Origin: Bacteroidales bacterium
GTDB lineage: Bacteria; Bacteroidota; Bacteroidia; Bacteroidales; VadinHA17
Assembly (NCBI GenBank): GCA_041303295.1
Contig: JBFYPM010000083.1
Span: 1-59,586 of the forward strand
DNA length: 59,586 bases
Direction: 5' to 3'
Below the pieces are notes generated by a model, which did no database searches, was not told the origin of the DNA, and saw only the letters and a list, made by a program, of their open reading frames with translations. The translations under genes and the position numbers were made by a program. Positions 8,905-19,489 of this stretch are shown here, one piece after another; within the stretch, counting starts at the first letter, position 1; the number at the start of each line of letters is the position of its first letter.

Positions 8905-8992
8905 TTATGCATTGCGCCATTATAATAAGGTATTAAACAATTAATAAAATTTAAATAAATCATGCTTTTATTTGATTTTATGAAATTGTTAT

Positions 8993-9000
8993 TATTTTTG
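8993..9000 (+). promoter_or_regulatory. Bacteroidetes-type -7 promoter element TATTTTTG (TAnnTTTG) for the ilv-leu leader
   Basis: Exact match to TAnnTTTG. A TTTG lies 19 nt upstream at 8971-8974. The motif ends 17 nt before the leader ATG. Confidence 0.4.
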
Positions 9001-9017
9001 CCATTCATAAAAACGAG

Positions 9018-9077
9018 ATGAATTATCTGTCGCTAAATATTATTGCCCTCATTCTTATTATCGCTACGAGCGCATGA
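9018..9077 (+). CDS. ilv-leu operon leader peptide MNYLSLNIIALILIIATSA
   Basis: The 19-codon ORF has 5 Ile and 4 Leu codons concentrated at 9027-9062. It sits directly upstream of a terminator hairpin and ilvD. Confidence 0.7.
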   Translation: MNYLSLNIIALILIIATSA

Positions 9078-9116
9078 TCGGGGAGTAATATATAGTTAAG
9101 AGTAAAAGTATACGAA

Positions 9117-9148
9117 AGCTTCCCGGAAAACCGGGGAGCTTTTTTTTT
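9117..9148 (+). terminator. attenuator terminator of the ilv-leu leader
   Basis: AGCTTCCCGG-AAAA-CCGGGGAGCT is followed by T8. An exact copy of the 3-prime arm core CGGGGAG lies at 9079-9085, 1 nt after the leader stop (9075-9077), and can form an antiterminator with the 5-prime arm. Confidence 0.7.
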
Positions 9149-9160
9149 AACCTGGCAGCA

Positions 9161-10987
9161 ATGAAGAGAGAACTCAGGAGCGCACGCACAATGACGGGCA
9201 GGACGATGGCAGGGGCCAGAAGCCTCTGGAGAGCCAACGGCATGAACGAAGAACAGTTCGGAAAGCCGGTCATTGCAATCGTCAATTCATTCTCTCAGTT
9301 CGTTCCGGGCCATGTACACCTGCATGAGACCGGCCAGGTCATAAAGAAAGTGATCGAAAGCCGTGGCATGTTCGCTGCCGAGTTCAATACAATTGCAATT
9401 GATGACGGGATAGCCATGGGACACACCGGCATGCTCTATTCACTTCCGTCACGCGAACTGATTGCCGACAGTGTCGAGTATGTCTGCAATGCCCATTGTG
9501 CCGATGCAATGATATGTATAAGCAACTGTGACAAGATCACTCCTGGGATGATGATGGCCGCCATGCGCCTTAACATTCCGGCAATATTTGTCTCGGGCGG
9601 CCCAATGGAGGCAGGAAGGGCCGGCGGGAAGGCCGTTGATCTCATTGACGCCATGGTAGCCGCGGCTGAAGACAGCGTATCGGATGACCGTCTCATGGAG
9701 ATAGAAAAGTCAGCCTGCCCCACCTGCGGCTCCTGCTCCGGCATGTTCACCGCCAACTCTATGAACTGTCTTGCCGAGGCTCTTGGCCTCGCCCTTCCGG
9801 GAAACGGCACCGTGATGGCCACCCACACCAACAGGACGAGTCTATTCACCAGGGCAGCACAGCTGATAACTGACCTTGCTTTGAGATATTATGATGAAGG
9901 CGACGAATCGGTGCTGCCACGAGCAATAGCTTCGAGAGCTGCCTTCATCAATGCAATGTCACTCGACATAGCAATGGGAGGGTCCACAAATACCGTGCTT
10001 CACCTCCTTGCCATAGCCCATGAGGCAGGAGTGGATTTCACAATGAAAGATATTGATGAACTCTCACGCAGGGTGCCCAACATCTGCAGGGTCTCCCCCT
10101 CCTCCTCCTTCCATATTGAAGATATAAACCGTGCCGGCGGCGTCTTTGCCATCCTGGGCGAACTGGAACGTGCCGGATTGCTCAACTGTTCTGTGAAAAG
10201 AATTGACTACCCGTCCCTCGGCCAGGCTATTGACCAGTGGGATATAATCAGGCCGACAGTCCTGCCACAGGCTCAGCAGCTCTTTTTGAGCGCCCCGGGA
10301 GGAGTCAGGAGCACTCAGGGCGGCACAACATCACGGCAATACCCCTCCCACGATACCGACAGGGTCAGCGGTGCCATAAGAGATACCCTTCATCCATACA
10401 ATACTGACGGCGGACTGGCTGTACTCTACGGCAACCTGGCACCTCAGGGATGCATAGTGAAGACTGCCGGCATAGACAGCTCAATGTTCAGCTTCACCGG
10501 AAAGGCAGTAACCTTTAACTCACAGGACGACGCTGTCAGTGGAATACTGAACGGGAAAGTGAATGAGGGGGACGTGGTGGTGATACGCTATGAGGGTCCT
10601 CGCGGCGGACCGGGCATGCAGGAGATGCTCTACCCCACCTCTTACCTCAAATCAAAAGGGCTCGACAAAAAATGTGCACTCATAACCGATGGCCGCTTTT
10701 CGGGTGGTACAGCAGGACTGTCTGCAGGGCATGTCTCACCTGAAGCCGCAGCAGGAGGAGCAATAGCCCTTGTCCGGGACGGAGACATAATTGAGATCAG
10801 CATTCCGGAAAGAAAGATCACAATAATGGAAGATGAAGTGACCCTGGAGGAGAGACGCCGCCAGGAGAGTGGAAAAGGAGACCTGGCATTCAGTCCTGCC
10901 GGAAGAAACAGGGTCATTCCATCATCACTGAAGGCCTATGCAGCTCATGTGAGCTCGGCACACATGGGGGCAGTGAGGCTCATATGA
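9161..10987 (+). CDS. ilvD: dihydroxy-acid dehydratase
   Basis: 608 aa. [38 protein letters not shown] is nearly colinear with E. coli IlvD. The Fe-S ligand context CDKITPGM is present. Confidence 0.95.
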   Translation: MKRELRSARTMTGRTMAGARSLWRANGMNEEQFGKPVIAIVNSFSQFVPGHVHLHETGQVIKKVIESRGMFAAEFNTIAIDDGIAMGHTGMLYSLPSRELIADSVEYVCNAHCADAMICISNCDKITPGMMMAAMRLNIPAIFVSGGPMEAGRAGGKAVDLIDAMVAAAEDSVSDDRLMEIEKSACPTCGSCSGMFTANSMNCLAEALGLALPGNGTVMATHTNRTSLFTRAAQLITDLALRYYDEGDESVLPRAIASRAAFINAMSLDIAMGGSTNTVLHLLAIAHEAGVDFTMKDIDELSRRVPNICRVSPSSSFHIEDINRAGGVFAILGELERAGLLNCSVKRIDYPSLGQAIDQWDIIRPTVLPQAQQLFLSAPGGVRSTQGGTTSRQYPSHDTDRVSGAIRDTLHPYNTDGGLAVLYGNLAPQGCIVKTAGIDSSMFSFTGKAVTFNSQDDAVSGILNGKVNEGDVVVIRYEGPRGGPGMQEMLYPTSYLKSKGLDKKCALITDGRFSGGTAGLSAGHVSPEAAAGGAIALVRDGDIIEISIPERKITIMEDEVTLEERRRQESGKGDLAFSPAGRNRVIPSSLKAYAAHVSSAHMGAVRLI

Positions 10988-11003
10988 AAATAAAACAGGG
11001 ATT

Positions 11004-12746
11004 ATGAAGGAGAAGATTAAAACTGCCGGAGAGCAGGATACAAACAACGACGAATCACAGGTCACGGGAGCTGAAGCGCTTTTAAAGTGCCTTATGGAGG
11101 AGGGGGTTGATACTATATTCGGCTATCCCGGGGGAGCCATCATGCCGGTTTATGATAAGCTGCTCGATTACAGCGACAGACTCAGGCATATCCTCACCCG
11201 TCACGAACAGGGAGCAGCACATGCCGCCCAGGCTTATGCCATGGTAACAGGGAGACCGGGAGTATGTTTCGCCACATCAGGACCAGGAGCAACAAACCTC
11301 GTGACAGGAATTGCCAACGCCTTTCTTGACTCAGTACCCGTGGTCTTTATTACGGCCCAGGTTACGTCAGGACTGATTGGCACTGATGCCTTCCAGGAGA
11401 CTGACATCCTGGGCATATCAATGCCGGTGACAAAATGGAATGCGCAGGTCAAGAAGGCGGAGGATATCCCTGATGCAATAGCCCGGGCCTTCTATATCGC
11501 CAGGTCAGGCCGGCCCGGACCCGTGCTTGTTGACATCTCAAAAGATGCACAGCTTGCCAGCCTGAGCTACAATTACCGGAAATGCACATATATAAGAAGT
11601 TATAACCCCGTTATCCCGCTTCAGATGAGGGATATCGAGTCGGCGGCTGTCATGATCAATCATGCCGAAAAGCCGCTGATACTGGCAGGACACGGGGTTA
11701 TCCTCTCCGGTGCTGCTGACGAACTGAGTGCCCTGGCCGAAAAGGGAGGCATACCTGTTGCAGTAACTCTACTCGGACTGCCGGCCTTTCCGAATAAGCA
11801 CAGGTTATTTGCAGGCATGCTCGGCATGCATGGCAATTACGCCCCTAATGTCCTGACCAACCAGGCTGACCTCATCATTGCCATAGGCATGCGCTTTGAT
11901 GACAGGGTCACCGGAAACCTGAAAAAATACGCACCTGATGCCAGGATAATCCATATCGAAATAGACAAGGCGGAAATTAACAAGAACGTGCGGGTCGATC
12001 TCGAGATCAACAACGATGCACGTGAGGTCCTTGCTGCCCTCATTCCTCTTGTGCGCCAGGTCAGCAGGGAAAAATGGATACGGGAGTTCAGGATCCTGGA
12101 CCGCGTTGAATATGAAAAGGTTATCAGACCGGAGACAGAGCCGGGTGAGGGTGAGATACGGATGGGGGAGGTGGTAAAAACCGTCTCTGACCTGACTGAG
12201 GGCGATGCAGTAATTGTCACTGACGTGGGACAGCATCAGATGGCGGTTGCAAGATACTACGGGTTCACCGGGAAGAGCACACTGGTGACATCTGGAGGGA
12301 TGGGCACAATGGGCTTTGGTCTCCCTGCCTCGCTGGGAGCCTCATCGGGGAACCCCGGCAGACCGGTTGTCGCTTTTATCGGCGATGGCGGATTCCAGAT
12401 GACTATACAGGAATTGGGCACCATCATGCAGTACCGCATCCCTGTCAAAATATTGCTCCTTAACAATAGCTTCCTGGGCATGGTGCGCCAATGGCAGGAG
12501 ATGTTCTTCAACGGCAGGTATGCCTCCACTGAAATGGTCAACCCCGATTTCGTTGCCCTGGCTGGCGCATACGGCATAACGGCACACAGGGTGACGCGCC
12601 GTGAGGAGCTCCGCGCGGCTATCATTACGATGCTTGCTGCCGAAGGACCCTATCTGCTGGAAACAGTAATAAGCCGCGAAGCCAATATCCTCCCGATGGT
12701 CGAACCAGGCGCATCAGTATCAGAGGTAACACTAACATACAGATAA
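11004..12746 (+). CDS. ilvB: acetolactate synthase, large (catalytic) subunit
   Basis: 580 aa ThDP enzyme. Motifs seen are GYPGGAIMPVYD, ATSGPGATNLVTG and the GDGGFQM ThDP-binding motif. Confidence 0.9.
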   Translation: MKEKIKTAGEQDTNNDESQVTGAEALLKCLMEEGVDTIFGYPGGAIMPVYDKLLDYSDRLRHILTRHEQGAAHAAQAYAMVTGRPGVCFATSGPGATNLVTGIANAFLDSVPVVFITAQVTSGLIGTDAFQETDILGISMPVTKWNAQVKKAEDIPDAIARAFYIARSGRPGPVLVDISKDAQLASLSYNYRKCTYIRSYNPVIPLQMRDIESAAVMINHAEKPLILAGHGVILSGAADELSALAEKGGIPVAVTLLGLPAFPNKHRLFAGMLGMHGNYAPNVLTNQADLIIAIGMRFDDRVTGNLKKYAPDARIIHIEIDKAEINKNVRVDLEINNDAREVLAALIPLVRQVSREKWIREFRILDRVEYEKVIRPETEPGEGEIRMGEVVKTVSDLTEGDAVIVTDVGQHQMAVARYYGFTGKSTLVTSGGMGTMGFGLPASLGASSGNPGRPVVAFIGDGGFQMTIQELGTIMQYRIPVKILLLNNSFLGMVRQWQEMFFNGRYASTEMVNPDFVALAGAYGITAHRVTRREELRAAIITMLAAEGPYLLETVISREANILPMVEPGASVSEVTLTYR

Positions 12747-12751
12747 TCATT

Positions 12752-13312
12752 ATGCAACAGGAATATACAATATCACTCTTCACCGAGGATCATATAGGGA
12801 TCCTCAGCCGGATAACGCTTATCCTGACCAGGAGACAGATAAACATAGAAAGCATTACTGCCTCGGAATCTGCAGTCAAAGGTGTTCAGATGCTTACAAT
12901 GGTCATCACAACTACGCCTGACATGGTGAATAAGGTGGCAAGACAGATCGAAAAACTGGTTGACGTCATAAAGGTTTTCGTTCACACCAACCCGGAGATC
13001 ATAAGCCAGGAGATTGCACTTTACAAGGTCACCACCAGGGGACTGATGTCAGGCAGCATGATTGGCGATCTTGTCAGGCTCCACCATGCACGTATACTCG
13101 AAGTGACGCCTGAGTATATCGTTGTTGAGAAGAGCGGCAGCAAGGAGGAGATTACCGGGCTCCTTTCCGTTCTTGAGCCGTGTGGGGTGCTCCAGTTCGT
13201 CAGGAGTGGAAGAATAGCCATTACCCGCCAGGTCAAGGAACTGAATGCCTACCTGAAGGAGATGGATGATGCAGGCAGAACCAGGAATGAACCTTCTGAG
13301 GTATATAATTAA
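12752..13312 (+). CDS. ilvN: acetolactate synthase, small (regulatory, ACT-domain) subunit
   Basis: 186 aa. It has the ACT fold signature ISLFTEDHIGILSRITLILTRRQINIESI and sits immediately after ilvB. Confidence 0.85.
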   Translation: MQQEYTISLFTEDHIGILSRITLILTRRQINIESITASESAVKGVQMLTMVITTTPDMVNKVARQIEKLVDVIKVFVHTNPEIISQEIALYKVTTRGLMSGSMIGDLVRLHHARILEVTPEYIVVEKSGSKEEITGLLSVLEPCGVLQFVRSGRIAITRQVKELNAYLKEMDDAGRTRNEPSEVYN

Positions 13313-13343
13313 CTGAATAACACTAATCTAATAATAGACAATT

Positions 13344-14390
13344 ATGGCACAAATCGATTTTGGAGGAGTAACTGAGACAGTTGTGACGAGGGAGGAGTTT
13401 CCTCTTTCCAGAGCACGGGAAGTATTAAAGAACGAGGTAGTCGCTGTCATCGGTTATGGCGTTCAGGGACCGGCACAGGCAATGAACATGAAAGACAACG
13501 GCATCAATGTGATTATAGGACAGGCCCCGGAATTCAAAAATGACTGGGACAGAGCCGTTGCCGACGGGTTTGTCCCCGGCACCACACTGTTCCCCATTGA
13601 GGAAGCTGCGGCACGAGGCACCGTCATCCAATACCTCGTCTCCGATGCAGCACAGAGGTTACTCTGGCCGCGCATCAAGCCTCATCTTACGACTGGTAAG
13701 GCGCTCTATTTCTCGCATGGTTTCTCTGTCACCTATAAAGACCACACCGGGGTGGTGCCTCCGAAGGATATAGATGTCATTCTCTGCGCCCCGAAAGGCT
13801 CCGGAACCAGCGTCAGGCGCAACTTCCTTGCAGGTGCCGGAATCAACTCTAGCTTCTCTGTCTTCCAGGATTTTACGGGCAGGGCCGAAGAGAGAGCCAT
13901 TGCCCTGGGCATCGCCATCGGCTCGGGCTACCTCTTCCCCACCACTTTTGAGATGGAGGTGTTCAGTGACCTGACCGGCGAGCGGGGAGTGCTCATGGGT
14001 GCCCTCGAGGGAATCATGGAAGCACAATACCAGGTACTGCGCGATAATGGACACTCGCCTTCAGAAGCCTTTAATGAGACTGTTGAGGAGCTCACACAGA
14101 GCCTCATAAGACTGGTGGACGAGAAGGGGATGGACTGGATGTATGCCAACTGCAGTGCTACGGCGCAGCGGGGAGCACTCGACTGGAAACCGAAGTTCCG
14201 CGAGGCGACACTGCCCGTCTTCAGAGACCTCTATGATAAAGTCAGCTCAGGCGAGGAGTGCGTAAGAGTACTAACCTCAACCGGTTCAGCCGACTACCGT
14301 GAAAAACTGGACGCGGAGCTGAGGGAGATGGGCGGATCAGAACTCTGGAGAGCCGGGGCTGCCGTGAGAAAACTGAGACCGTTAAAGTGA
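13344..14390 (+). CDS. ilvC: ketol-acid reductoisomerase (class I)
   Basis: 348 aa. It has the VIGYGVQGPAQAMNMKDNG Rossmann motif and KARI C-terminal knot-domain motifs. Confidence 0.9.
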   Translation: MAQIDFGGVTETVVTREEFPLSRAREVLKNEVVAVIGYGVQGPAQAMNMKDNGINVIIGQAPEFKNDWDRAVADGFVPGTTLFPIEEAAARGTVIQYLVSDAAQRLLWPRIKPHLTTGKALYFSHGFSVTYKDHTGVVPPKDIDVILCAPKGSGTSVRRNFLAGAGINSSFSVFQDFTGRAEERAIALGIAIGSGYLFPTTFEMEVFSDLTGERGVLMGALEGIMEAQYQVLRDNGHSPSEAFNETVEELTQSLIRLVDEKGMDWMYANCSATAQRGALDWKPKFREATLPVFRDLYDKVSSGEECVRVLTSTGSADYREKLDAELREMGGSELWRAGAAVRKLRPLK

Positions 14391-14409
14391 TAAATAGGGA
14401 GTAGTGATT

Positions 14410-15927
14410 ATGGAAACCAACAGGGTAATAATTTTTGATACCACCCTCCGCGACGGAGAACAGGTACCAGGCTGCCAGCTCAATACAGTAGAGAAGATTG
14501 AGGTAGCCAGGGCTCTCGAAGCGCTTGGCGTGGATGTGATTGAGGCAGGATTCCCCGTATCCAGTCCGGGCGACTTCAATTCGGTGGTGGAGATCTCAAA
14601 GGCAGTCCGCAACCCGGTAATCTGCGCCCTCACAAGGGCTGTGAAAAAAGATATTGAGGTGGCGGCTGAAGCACTGAAATATGCAGAGCGAAAACGGATA
14701 CATACAGGCATCGGGACATCCCCGTACCACATTCAATACAAGATAAAGACAACCCCCGAAGAGATAATCAGACGGGCGGTTGATGCAGTAAAATACGCCA
14801 GGAAATTCGTTGATGACGTGGAATTCTACGCTGAAGACGCAGGCCGCAGTGACAACGCATACCTGGCTGAAGTGATCGAAGCCGTAATCAAAGCCGGCGC
14901 AACAGTTGTAAATATACCTGATACTACAGGATACTGCCTCCCTGAAGAATACGGTGCCAAGATCAGGTACCTCGTTGAGAATGTTCCGAACATTGACAGG
15001 GCCATCATCTCAACACATTGCCACAACGACCTGGGCATGGCCACTGCCAACACAATGATGGGAATCATCAACGGAGCACGGCAGGTGGAGGTTACAATAA
15101 ACGGTATCGGAGAAAGGGCAGGTAACACCTCGCTTGAAGAGATTGCGATGATCATCAGGAGTCACCATGATCTGAACCTCACCACCGGCATCAACCCGAA
15201 ACTGATCTTCAGCACCAGCAGGCTGGTCTCAACACTGATGAGCATGCCGGTACAGGCCAACAAGGCAATCGTCGGCCGGAATGCCTTCTCTCATTCGTCC
15301 GGTATTCACCAGGACGGTGTACTCAAAAACCGGGAGAACTATGAGATCATTGACCCGAAGGAGGTGGGCATAAGGGAATCATCAATAATTCTCACTGCCC
15401 GCAGTGGCAGGGCAGCCCTGAATCACCGGCTCGAACTGCTGGGCATAAACCTGGGTAAGGAAGAGCTTGATGAAATCTACCACCGGTTCCTCATCCTGGC
15501 AGACAAGAAGAAAGAGATAAATGACGAAGACATTAAGATCCTGTCAGGCGAGGTCTTCCGTGGGGAGAAGAGACTCAAGCTCGAGTCGTTGCAGGTTCTG
15601 TGTGGCAACTCGGTCAGTCCGGTGGCAACTGTAGGCCTGAGGATAAACGGAGAGGTGCATACCTCCACCGCCCCGGGCAACGGCCCCATCGATGCTGCCT
15701 TTACTGCCGTCAAACACCTGATACATGAGAATGTACACCTCGAGGAATTCCTGATACAGGCCATCACAAGGGGGAGCGATGACATCGGCAAGGTGCACAT
15801 CCAGGTTGAACATGAGGGAAAGATCTATTATGGCTTTTCGGCAAACACAGATATTATTACAGCCTCAGTCGAGGCATTCATCGATGCAATATCAAGGATA
15901 GGCAATGGAACCCAGGACGCTGTTTGA
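14410..15927 (+). CDS. leuA: 2-isopropylmalate synthase
   Basis: Motifs seen are [23 protein letters not shown] and a C-terminal LeuA dimerisation/regulatory domain. The ORF opens at GTG 14404, but the ATG at 14410 is the more likely start. Confidence 0.9.
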   Translation: METNRVIIFDTTLRDGEQVPGCQLNTVEKIEVARALEALGVDVIEAGFPVSSPGDFNSVVEISKAVRNPVICALTRAVKKDIEVAAEALKYAERKRIHTGIGTSPYHIQYKIKTTPEEIIRRAVDAVKYARKFVDDVEFYAEDAGRSDNAYLAEVIEAVIKAGATVVNIPDTTGYCLPEEYGAKIRYLVENVPNIDRAIISTHCHNDLGMATANTMMGIINGARQVEVTINGIGERAGNTSLEEIAMIIRSHHDLNLTTGINPKLIFSTSRLVSTLMSMPVQANKAIVGRNAFSHSSGIHQDGVLKNRENYEIIDPKEVGIRESSIILTARSGRAALNHRLELLGINLGKEELDEIYHRFLILADKKKEINDEDIKILSGEVFRGEKRLKLESLQVLCGNSVSPVATVGLRINGEVHTSTAPGNGPIDAAFTAVKHLIHENVHLEEFLIQAITRGSDDIGKVHIQVEHEGKIYYGFSANTDIITASVEAFIDAISRIGNGTQDAV

Positions 15928-17320
15928 CAAGATCTGGGATTCACATGTGGTGAAGTCAGTTGAGGGCGGTCCGGACGTGATCTATATCGACCGTCACTAT
16001 ATCCATGAGGTGACCAGTCCACAGGCATTCAATGGTTTGAGGCAACGGGGCATCGGTGTTTTGAGACCGCAAAGAACTACCGCCACGGCTGATCACAATA
16101 TTCCAACCGTTGATCAGCATCTGCCGATAAGGGATGCCGTATCGCGGGCGCAGGTGGAAGCCCTGGCGGAAAACTGCAGGGCCACCGGTATTGAACACTT
16201 CGGCATCGGACACACAAACAACGGAATTGTACACGTAACCGGCCCGGAGCTCGGATACACCCTGCCAGGGATGACCATTGTGTGCGGAGACAGCCATACC
16301 TCGACTCACGGGGCATTTGGTACTATAGCCTTCGGCATTGGTACAAGTGAGGTGGAGATGGTGCTGGCAACCCAGTGTCTTCTTCAGACAAGACCCGCAA
16401 GGATGAGGATCACCGTCAACGGATCTCTCCGCAGAGGAGTGACTTCAAAGGACTTGATACTGTACATCATCTCTTCACTCTCAACAGGCGGCGCAACCGG
16501 TTACTTTGTGGAATACGCCGGAGAAGCAATCGCTCAGCTAAGCATGGAAGCAAGGATGACCGTATGCAACATGAGCATTGAGATGGGTGCCCGCGGAGGT
16601 CTGATAGCACCTGATGAAGTGACCTTTGGTTACCTGTCGGAAATACCTTCATTTAAAAATGAGCCGGACGCCGTCAGGCTGCTCGAAAAATGGTTCTCCC
16701 TGCGTAGTGACCAGGGAGCGCTCTTTGACAAGGAACTTGTATTTGATGCCGCATCAGTACCTCCGATGATAACCTTTGGCACAAACCCCGGAATGGGAAT
16801 GGCCGTCGACGGAACCATCCCTGAAGAGGAGGAGACCGTCACCGACAACAGCGGTTCATACCGAAAGTCGCTCGAATACATGGGGTTCAGGCCTGGGATG
16901 AAGCTGATCGGCCACCCGGTTGACTATGTCTTCCTGGGCAGTTGTACCAACGGGCGGATTGAGGATCTAAGGGCTTTTGCAGGAATGGTAGAAGGCAGGC
17001 AAAAAGCGCCCGGGGTCAAAGTATTGATAGTACCCGGATCACAGCAGGTGGCCAGACAGGCCGAGAAGGAAGGACTCACAGATATCTTCAGCAGGGCAGG
17101 GTTTGAGATGAGACAGCCCGGATGCTCATCATGCCTGGCCATGAATGACGACAAGATCCCTCCCGGCAAATATGCTGTCTCTACATCCAACCGCAACTTC
17201 GAGGGGAGACAGGGACCCGGGGCAAGAACCATCCTTGCAGGACCGCTGACGGCGGCGGCGGCGGCACTCACCGGCATGATAACTGACCCCAGGAAACTGA
17301 TTCGGAATGGTAATTATTAA
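15905..17320 (+). CDS. leuC: 3-isopropylmalate dehydratase, large subunit
   Basis: 471 aa aconitase-family protein. It begins [12 protein letters not shown] and has the Fe-S Cys context GSCTNGR. It overlaps the leuA end by 23 nt. Confidence 0.9.
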   Translation: MEPRTLFDKIWDSHVVKSVEGGPDVIYIDRHYIHEVTSPQAFNGLRQRGIGVLRPQRTTATADHNIPTVDQHLPIRDAVSRAQVEALAENCRATGIEHFGIGHTNNGIVHVTGPELGYTLPGMTIVCGDSHTSTHGAFGTIAFGIGTSEVEMVLATQCLLQTRPARMRITVNGSLRRGVTSKDLILYIISSLSTGGATGYFVEYAGEAIAQLSMEARMTVCNMSIEMGARGGLIAPDEVTFGYLSEIPSFKNEPDAVRLLEKWFSLRSDQGALFDKELVFDAASVPPMITFGTNPGMGMAVDGTIPEEEETVTDNSGSYRKSLEYMGFRPGMKLIGHPVDYVFLGSCTNGRIEDLRAFAGMVEGRQKAPGVKVLIVPGSQQVARQAEKEGLTDIFSRAGFEMRQPGCSSCLAMNDDKIPPGKYAVSTSNRNFEGRQGPGARTILAGPLTAAAAALTGMITDPRKLIRNGNY

Positions 17321-17333
17321 ACAGACAAGGACA

Positions 17334-17930
17334 ATGAAAAGAACAAAATTCACTATACTTAAATCCACCTGTGTCCCTCTGCCACTGGCAAACATAGACA
17401 CAGACCAGATCATCCCGGCCCGCTTCCTGAGCTCGACCACAAGGGATGGGTTTGGCAGGAACCTCTTCCGCGACTGGAGGTATGACAAGAAGGGTAACAT
17501 AATTGAAGAGTTCGTCCTTAACCGCCATGAATACACCGGAAGCATCCTGGTGACAGGCAGTAACTTCGGATGCGGTTCCAGCAGGGAACATGCTGTCTGG
17601 GCAATCGCTGACCACGGCTTCAGGGCAGTGGTGTCTGACTCCTTCGCCGATATCTTTGCCGGCAATGCTTTGAATAACGGACTCCTGCCTGTAGTGATAC
17701 CTTCAGAAATACTCGGGAAACTTACCACAATGATAATCCTCAGGCCTGAAACAATTGTGACAATCGACCTCGGAAAACAGTTGCTTTCAGTTGAGGAAGC
17801 GGGGATATCAGTTCCCTTTCCTGTCAATCCCTTCAGGAAGGAATGCCTGCTCAGAGGCCTTGACAATATAGATTACCTGCTGGGCATGAAAGAGGAGATA
17901 CTTGCATTTGAAAAGAGAAATTCGCCGTGA
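17334..17930 (+). CDS. leuD: 3-isopropylmalate dehydratase, small subunit
   Basis: Motifs seen are NIDTDQIIPARFL and GSNFGCGSSREHA. The ORF opens at 17307, but MKRTKF at 17334 fits the family N-terminus better. Confidence 0.85.
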   Translation: MKRTKFTILKSTCVPLPLANIDTDQIIPARFLSSTTRDGFGRNLFRDWRYDKKGNIIEEFVLNRHEYTGSILVTGSNFGCGSSREHAVWAIADHGFRAVVSDSFADIFAGNALNNGLLPVVIPSEILGKLTTMIILRPETIVTIDLGKQLLSVEEAGISVPFPVNPFRKECLLRGLDNIDYLLGMKEEILAFEKRNSP

Positions 17931-19489
17931 GAATAGAGATACTTGACACCACACTCAGGGATGGTGAACAGACTCAGGGAGTCTCCTACTCTCCTGTTGA
18001 GAAGCTGCATATCGCCACCCTCCTTCTGCGAGACCTGAAGGTTGACCGCGTTGAGGTTGCATCAGCACGCGTCTCGGTCGGGGAACAGGAGGCAGTACGG
18101 CTGATAACACGATGGGCCGCACAGAACGGCATGCTTGATAAGATCGAGGTGCTTGGATTCGTCGATGGAGAAACATCCCTCAACTGGATCAGGGATGCCG
18201 GAGGAAGGGTGATAAACCTCCTCTGCAAAGGATCACTGCGGCACCTTCAGAAACAACTGGGGAAAACTCCTGCAGAACATCTGGGTGATATAAAAAAGAT
18301 AGTGAGAATTGCCTCTGAAAAAGAGATGGAGGTCAATATCTACCTTGAAGACTGGTCAAACGGTATGATCAGTTCAGAAGATTACGTCCTGTACATGGTT
18401 GACTCACTCATGAATGAAAAGATAAGGAGGTTTATGCTTCCCGATACCCTGGGTATTCTGAATCCCGACCAGACATACCGGTTCTGCAGGCAGATGACCG
18501 AAAGGTACGACTCACTCCATTTTGATTTTCATCCTCATAATGACTATGATCTGGCAGTTGGAAATGTCTTTTCAGCCGTTAATGCAGGGGTCAGTGGGGT
18601 GCATACTACGGTCAACGGCCTTGGCGAGAGAGCCGGTAACGCTCCGCTCTCAAGTGTAATTGGATTGCTTAATGATCACCTCGGCGCGGAAACGGCTGTC
18701 AATGAGTACGAGATCACGAGGGTGAGCCGCCTGGTGGAGACATTCAGCGGCATAAGGATACCTGTCAATAAGCCGGTTATCGGTGCCAATGTATTTACCC
18801 AGACCTCAGGCATCCACGCCGACGGTGACAACAAGGACAATCTCTACTGCAGCAACCTCCGGCCGGAACGGTTCGGAAGAAAAAGACAGTACGCCCTTGG
18901 CAAACAGTCAGGCAAGGCAACGATCAGAAAAAACCTGGAGGAGTTCGGACTTGAACTCAGCCAGGAATCACTCATCAGGGTAACCGAAAGGGTCATTGAG
19001 CTGGGAGACAAGAAGGAGACAGTAACAACAGAGGATCTGCCGTTCATCATCTCTGACGTCCTGGGAGATGACCGCTCAGGTTACAGAATATTCATTAAAA
19101 ACTATTCCCTGTCACTTTCATACGGACTGAAGCCCTCTGCCAGCGTACAGTTGGAGATTGACGGTTCTCTCCACCAGGAGACCTCGTCAGGCGACGGTCA
19201 GTATGACGCCTTTATGAAAGCCGTCAGGAAAATATATGACGTCATGGGAAGAGATCTTCCTGTGCTGACTGATTATGAGGTGTCAATCCCTCCCGGAGGG
19301 AAGACTGACGCTCTTGTTGAGACAGTCATAAAGTGGAGTTATCAGGGCAGGGAGTTCAGAACAAAGGGCCTTGATGCCGACCAAACGGAATCGGCAATCA
19401 AAGCAACGGAAAAGATGCTCAACATAATCGAAAACAACGAGATCAAACCCGCCTATAAAAACCTAATAACAATTTCAGATGGAATATAA
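17927..19489 (+). CDS. second LeuA-family synthase, citramalate synthase-like
   Basis: 520 aa. Motifs seen are [28 protein letters not shown] and a C-terminal LeuA_dimer-like domain. The GTG start overlaps the leuD stop (GTGA). It sits between leuD and leuB. Confidence 0.7.
   Translation: MRIEILDTTLRDGEQTQGVSYSPVEKLHIATLLLRDLKVDRVEVASARVSVGEQEAVRLITRWAAQNGMLDKIEVLGFVDGETSLNWIRDAGGRVINLLCKGSLRHLQKQLGKTPAEHLGDIKKIVRIASEKEMEVNIYLEDWSNGMISSEDYVLYMVDSLMNEKIRRFMLPDTLGILNPDQTYRFCRQMTERYDSLHFDFHPHNDYDLAVGNVFSAVNAGVSGVHTTVNGLGERAGNAPLSSVIGLLNDHLGAETAVNEYEITRVSRLVETFSGIRIPVNKPVIGANVFTQTSGIHADGDNKDNLYCSNLRPERFGRKRQYALGKQSGKATIRKNLEEFGLELSQESLIRVTERVIELGDKKETVTTEDLPFIISDVLGDDRSGYRIFIKNYSLSLSYGLKPSASVQLEIDGSLHQETSSGDGQYDAFMKAVRKIYDVMGRDLPVLTDYEVSIPPGGKTDALVETVIKWSYQGREFRTKGLDADQTESAIKATEKMLNIIENNEIKPAYKNLITISDGI

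Noticed and set aside
8751-9008. 85-aa minus-strand ORF in the AT-rich region upstream of the ilv leader
   Set aside because: It is AT-rich and Asn/Ile/Lys-rich. It overlaps the kbl relic on the other strand and the probable promoter. Non-coding sequence is the more economical reading.
9064-9285. 73-aa minus-strand ORF spanning the ilv attenuator and the ilvD start
   Set aside because: It overlaps the terminator hairpin and the 5-prime end of ilvD and has no family resemblance.
17129-17866. 245-aa ORF on the minus strand
   Set aside because: It lies entirely antisense to leuC/leuD, whose family motifs are unambiguous. Its composition is low-complexity and Ser/Arg-rich, typical of a shadow ORF on the opposite strand of a real gene.
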